From a virus (lineage: Duplodnaviria > Caudoviricetes), in IMG/VR virus record IMGVR_UViG_3300024243_000016, positions 693 through 64,692 of that record: 64,000 bases of DNA; one strand, given 5' to 3'. This document shows positions 60,925 to 64,000 of this stretch, piece by piece. Under the pieces are notes generated by a model that saw only the letters and a list, made by a program, of their open reading frames with translations, did not search any database and was not told the DNA's origin. Position 1 is the stretch's first letter; each line of letters begins with the position of its first letter. The position numbers and the translations under genes are program-made.

Positions 60925-61383
60925 TATAAATACAAACTTATTAACAAAACATTTGTTATTATCAACAAAAGAACTAATATTTTTAATATAATCATAAACA
61001 GTAACATAACAATTATGAGAACCACCGTTTTTATTATAAATGTAATATAACAAATCATATCTATTGTCTCTCAAAAACTTCCTTATGTCATTACCGACAA
61101 TATCAATAGAACAACTATAATTAATTAAATCATCATATGAAACATTCTTATCATAAATTCTTGGCGCAGCGTCAACAATACCAAGGTTAGACACACATAA
61201 TTCAATTTTATCATATATAGACAAATCAACATCTAATAAATATTTTGATGTCCTAGCGTCATTAGCATCAACAATTAAATCACAGTCGCCGCCCCAAAAA
61301 TCACAAAAAGAAATCCAAGGAACTTCAACACCACGCTTCAACAAAGAGTCCGAAATTATGGCTACATTACCACTTTCAATCAT
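60634..61383 (-). CDS. SGNH/GDSL hydrolase-like protein (possible O-acetyl esterase or transferase)
   Basis: IISDSL block I, LGIVD block III and DGYH block V. GGAGG SD. Confidence 0.65.
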   Translation of the reverse strand: MIESGNVAIISDSLLKRGVEVPWISFCDFWGGDCDLIVDANDARTSKYLLDVDLSIYDKIELCVSNLGIVDAAPRIYDKNVSYDDLINYSCSIDIVGNDIRKFLRDNRYDLLYYIYNKNGGSHNCYVTVYDYIKNISSFVDNNKCFVNKFVFISILKPHSWHEQNRHFLASDCINKYNDTLESFCDNNKNVYFFNFEEQLGKYNLEYGVNFSCDDFMCDDIDDDGYHIKYEMFETFARIFDFFVKNNVI

Positions 61384-61400
61384 AAATCACAAAGCCTCCA

Positions 61401-62762
61401 TTAAATTAAATAATCTGAAATACTAACTGAGTTATTTCTATTGCCAATATAATAATTCATATTTTCAACAAATTTATTTCTTTTATGTACAGCCACACCT
61501 AACTCACTATCACTCCATTCTGTAAGATTAACCCGTAGCTTATTAAATCCACCTTGAAGTGAAATTAAATATTTTTCTATATCATCAATATTATTATTTA
61601 TTATACCATTGTTAACACAATAATCAAACAACCACGATCCAGGAAGAGGTGTTATGTTTGCAAATCCCATAGAAACACCATGCCTCCTAAAAATATCCTT
61701 CAAATCAAATAAAAAACTCAAAGTATCATTAAAAGATTTATTATTCTCACCCAAAAAACCAAATATCAATTGTATGTTAGGTCTTATTCCAAATTTATCA
61801 CACTTAACAATTGCATTATATATATTTTCTACATTAGCCCCTTTATTCATCTTTATTAAAATATCATCACTACAGCTTTCAACACCAAAAGTTATAGTAA
61901 AACAATTGTTACTTGAAGCAACAGCTAATATATCATCATTAACTAAATTGACCCTACCATTAGCATACCATTTACCATATTTGCCAACAGTCTCAGAAAT
62001 ATTAGTAGCACGATCAACACTAGACAATGCCAACTCATCACAAATAGCCACATAATCAAAACCAAAAGAAGCATTTTTATTATAAAAATCTAATTCATCT
62101 TTAATAGAATCAATACTCCTCATTGTATACTTGTCAAACATTCTAGAACAAAAATGACAATTATATGGACATCCACGACTAGTCATAATTGTATATATTC
62201 TATTTGATCTCATAATATTATTAATAAAAAAACCTTCATAATCTGGAACCACATCGCAACTCTCTGGTTCCCAACAAGTAAGATCATTAACAACAATATT
62301 ATCATCATCATCCAAATAAGCAACCCCATTTATATATTTTAAATCAAAAGAATCAACAAAATCAATTAAAAACCTTTCAGCATCTCTTAAAAAACAAATA
62401 TCAATATTTGTCTTTAATAAAACAATATCATAATTAAACCTAGCTAAACATCCACCCAGAACTATTGAAACATTATCCAAACTTTCCTTTATTATAGACG
62501 ACAACCACTTAACATATGCATATTGTGTTGACATAGCAGTGATACCAACAAAGTCGATACTTTTACCCTTAAAAAACTTAAGTCTATTAACAACATCATT
62601 ATTACTCAAATTCTCTGAGTTTATATCTAAAACATAAACACTATGACCATCATTCCTTAAAATTCTTTTCACAATAGCTAGCCCAACTGGAAATTGCGTA
62701 GAATGCCGATAATCAGCCGAATCAGATAAACATGTTTTAGGGTTAATTAATAAAATGTTCAT
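61401..62762 (-). CDS. Cobalamin-binding radical SAM enzyme (class B methyltransferase-like)
   Basis: N-terminal B12-binding-type region (LLINP, PVGL, VGIT, VLGG), then TSRGCPYNCHFC, FGVES and PLPGS. Confidence 0.88.
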   Translation of the reverse strand: MNILLINPKTCLSDSADYRHSTQFPVGLAIVKRILRNDGHSVYVLDINSENLSNNDVVNRLKFFKGKSIDFVGITAMSTQYAYVKWLSSIIKESLDNVSIVLGGCLARFNYDIVLLKTNIDICFLRDAERFLIDFVDSFDLKYINGVAYLDDDDNIVVNDLTCWEPESCDVVPDYEGFFINNIMRSNRIYTIMTSRGCPYNCHFCSRMFDKYTMRSIDSIKDELDFYNKNASFGFDYVAICDELALSSVDRATNISETVGKYGKWYANGRVNLVNDDILAVASSNNCFTITFGVESCSDDILIKMNKGANVENIYNAIVKCDKFGIRPNIQLIFGFLGENNKSFNDTLSFLFDLKDIFRRHGVSMGFANITPLPGSWLFDYCVNNGIINNNIDDIEKYLISLQGGFNKLRVNLTEWSDSELGVAVHKRNKFVENMNYYIGNRNNSVSISDYLI

Positions 62763-63879
62763 ATATTACACCAAAAATCCTTTGTGGGCAGTCGCCACAC
62801 ATTAAATCAAAATTAAGAAAATTATCTTTACAAAAGCTCACAATATCGCTATTGTTATTTTTATAATGTTCTAAAAAGCTACAAATCTTTTTACCAAAAC
62901 CAACACAGTCAATATTATCAGAAAAATTTATACACATATCATCATTAATATAATTAGCCATATTACTACTATCATCAAAAAAAGGTAAAACAACATTGCC
63001 CATAAAAAATGACTCAAAAAAAGATGCTGACCTTGAATTACACACAATACAATCAAACTTGTTAAAAACATCATATATATTATCAAAAACAACATGTGAT
63101 TTAACAAAAAGAGACTTGCTACTAAAAATAGCACCAGAATGATCATAAGGGTGAAAATTTAAAAATAAATTATATTTACTAGTAAAACTATCATCTTTAA
63201 CAAAGCTATCAAACAAGTCAATAATATAATTATTCCAACTTAAAATACTATCAAATAAAATACAAATATTAATTTTTTTATTACTATCAATCTTCTCACT
63301 TAATAAGCTATAATCACAAATATACTTATCACAATATTTAAACTTTAAAAATTCAAATTTAAGACTACCAACATTAACAATGTCATCAAGACAATTATCA
63401 AACTCATAATTTTTGTTATTACCAATAGAATTAACATTATCACTAAAGCTACTATCACCGAAAACAAAAGCTTTATTAGCTAAACAAGTCAGCTTATTTG
63501 TTTTTTCGTTAACAACAACACCATTGCCAGTTCCCATTAAAATACGAAACATATATACATTATTATTCAAACAATAGTTATATATTGAACGCCAACTTGA
63601 ATCAAAGTCTCTTAAAATAAATAAAACACAACAACTGTTATTTACATCTTTAAGGATACTAAAATCAAAACCAACAAAATTATATATATCACAAAACTCA
63701 GAATATAAACTATTAAAATTATCATGAAAAAGACTCTTTTTGTCAACATAAGAACCATGTATGTTTATGACATCAATGTCAAAAATATTATTATCATTAT
63801 TAAACTTCAGAATAGGAAATAAATAATAACCAACATCTGGAGAGCAGAAGTCACAAATAATTTTTAACTTAAACATCAC
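62743..63879 (-). CDS. GT-B-like capsule-biosynthesis protein
   Basis: VGSLKFE, NFHP and SASFFESF motifs, similar in pattern to 58707..59840. Confidence 0.45.
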   Translation of the reverse strand: MMFKLKIICDFCSPDVGYYLFPILKFNNDNNIFDIDVINIHGSYVDKKSLFHDNFNSLYSEFCDIYNFVGFDFSILKDVNNSCCVLFILRDFDSSWRSIYNYCLNNNVYMFRILMGTGNGVVVNEKTNKLTCLANKAFVFGDSSFSDNVNSIGNNKNYEFDNCLDDIVNVGSLKFEFLKFKYCDKYICDYSLLSEKIDSNKKINICILFDSILSWNNYIIDLFDSFVKDDSFTSKYNLFLNFHPYDHSGAIFSSKSLFVKSHVVFDNIYDVFNKFDCIVCNSRSASFFESFFMGNVVLPFFDDSSNMANYINDDMCINFSDNIDCVGFGKKICSFLEHYKNNNSDIVSFCKDNFLNFDLMCGDCPQRIFGVIYEHFIN

Positions 63880-64000
63880 AACAACAAATATTAATAATTT
63901 TATTAACTATAAAACTAGAGGAATCAAAATCTAAAGAAATAACATTTTCAATTAAATATTTTGACATATATAAACTTGAACAATCATATCCATTAAAATC
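63869..64000 (-). CDS. C-terminal end of an upstream gene; 5' end is outside the window
   Basis: Open frame DFNGYDCSSLYMSKYLIENVISLDFDSSSFIVNKIINICCCDV* overlapping the next start. Confidence 0.55.
   Translation of the reverse strand, partial: DFNGYDCSSLYMSKYLIENVISLDFDSSSFIVNKIINICCCDV

Noticed and set aside
60201-61000. Possible DGR template/variable repeat pair
   Set aside because: Mismatches flanking the identical core are not restricted to adenines, and no reverse transcriptase is present in the window.
1920-62055. Many short plus-strand ORFs and nested minus-strand ORFs in the track
   Set aside because: All lie within longer minus-strand genes, show antisense-shadow composition and have no recognisable motifs.
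63961-63990. Plus-strand TTGACA
   Set aside because: It lies inside a minus-strand CDS and has no convincing -10 at the proper spacing.
1-64000. Stop-codon reassignment as seen in some huge phages
   Set aside because: The standard code gives dense, full-length genes. TAG (9050, 56079, 57054) and TGA (13462, 14821, 48167, 60634) act as normal stops.
1-64000. Giant eukaryotic virus or bacterial capsule locus as the source
   Set aside because: T4-like portal, terminase, protease and baseplate genes plus SD motifs indicate a tailed bacteriophage.

Overview
This is a 64-kb, very AT-rich segment of a large tailed dsDNA phage, most likely a contractile-tailed huge/jumbo phage with T4-like head genes. 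All credible genes are on the minus strand and use the standard code. In transcription order (right to left) there are four modules. (1) A glycan biosynthesis and modification cluster of at least 15 kb: five GT4-type glycosyltransferases, a GT2-like enzyme, a short UDP-sugar dehydrogenase, deacetylase, methyltransferases, acetyltransferase, SGNH hydrolase plus a truncated duplicate, and a B12-dependent radical SAM enzyme. (2) A phage sigma factor followed by a baseplate/tail block with gp5-like spike, gp25, gp6, LamG and DNRLRE-like proteins and very large unknown proteins. (3) RuvC-like resolvase, primase, fused Mre11-Rad50, a PD-(D/E)xK nuclease and Hsp20. (4) Terminase, portal, prohead protease and a group of putative head-packaged proteins. 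The most striking signal is a short [S/T]-[G/A/S]-S motif that is strongly over-represented in a subset of predicted virion proteins and nearly absent from neighbouring ones. Together with the adjacent glycosyltransferase cluster, this suggests a phage-encoded, sequon-directed virion glycosylation system (inference). A second signal is a family of N-terminal (I/L)-(I/L)-x-E leaders around the prohead protease. No tRNA, rRNA, CRISPR, intein or DGR was seen. All family calls come from motifs recognised by eye, not from database searches.
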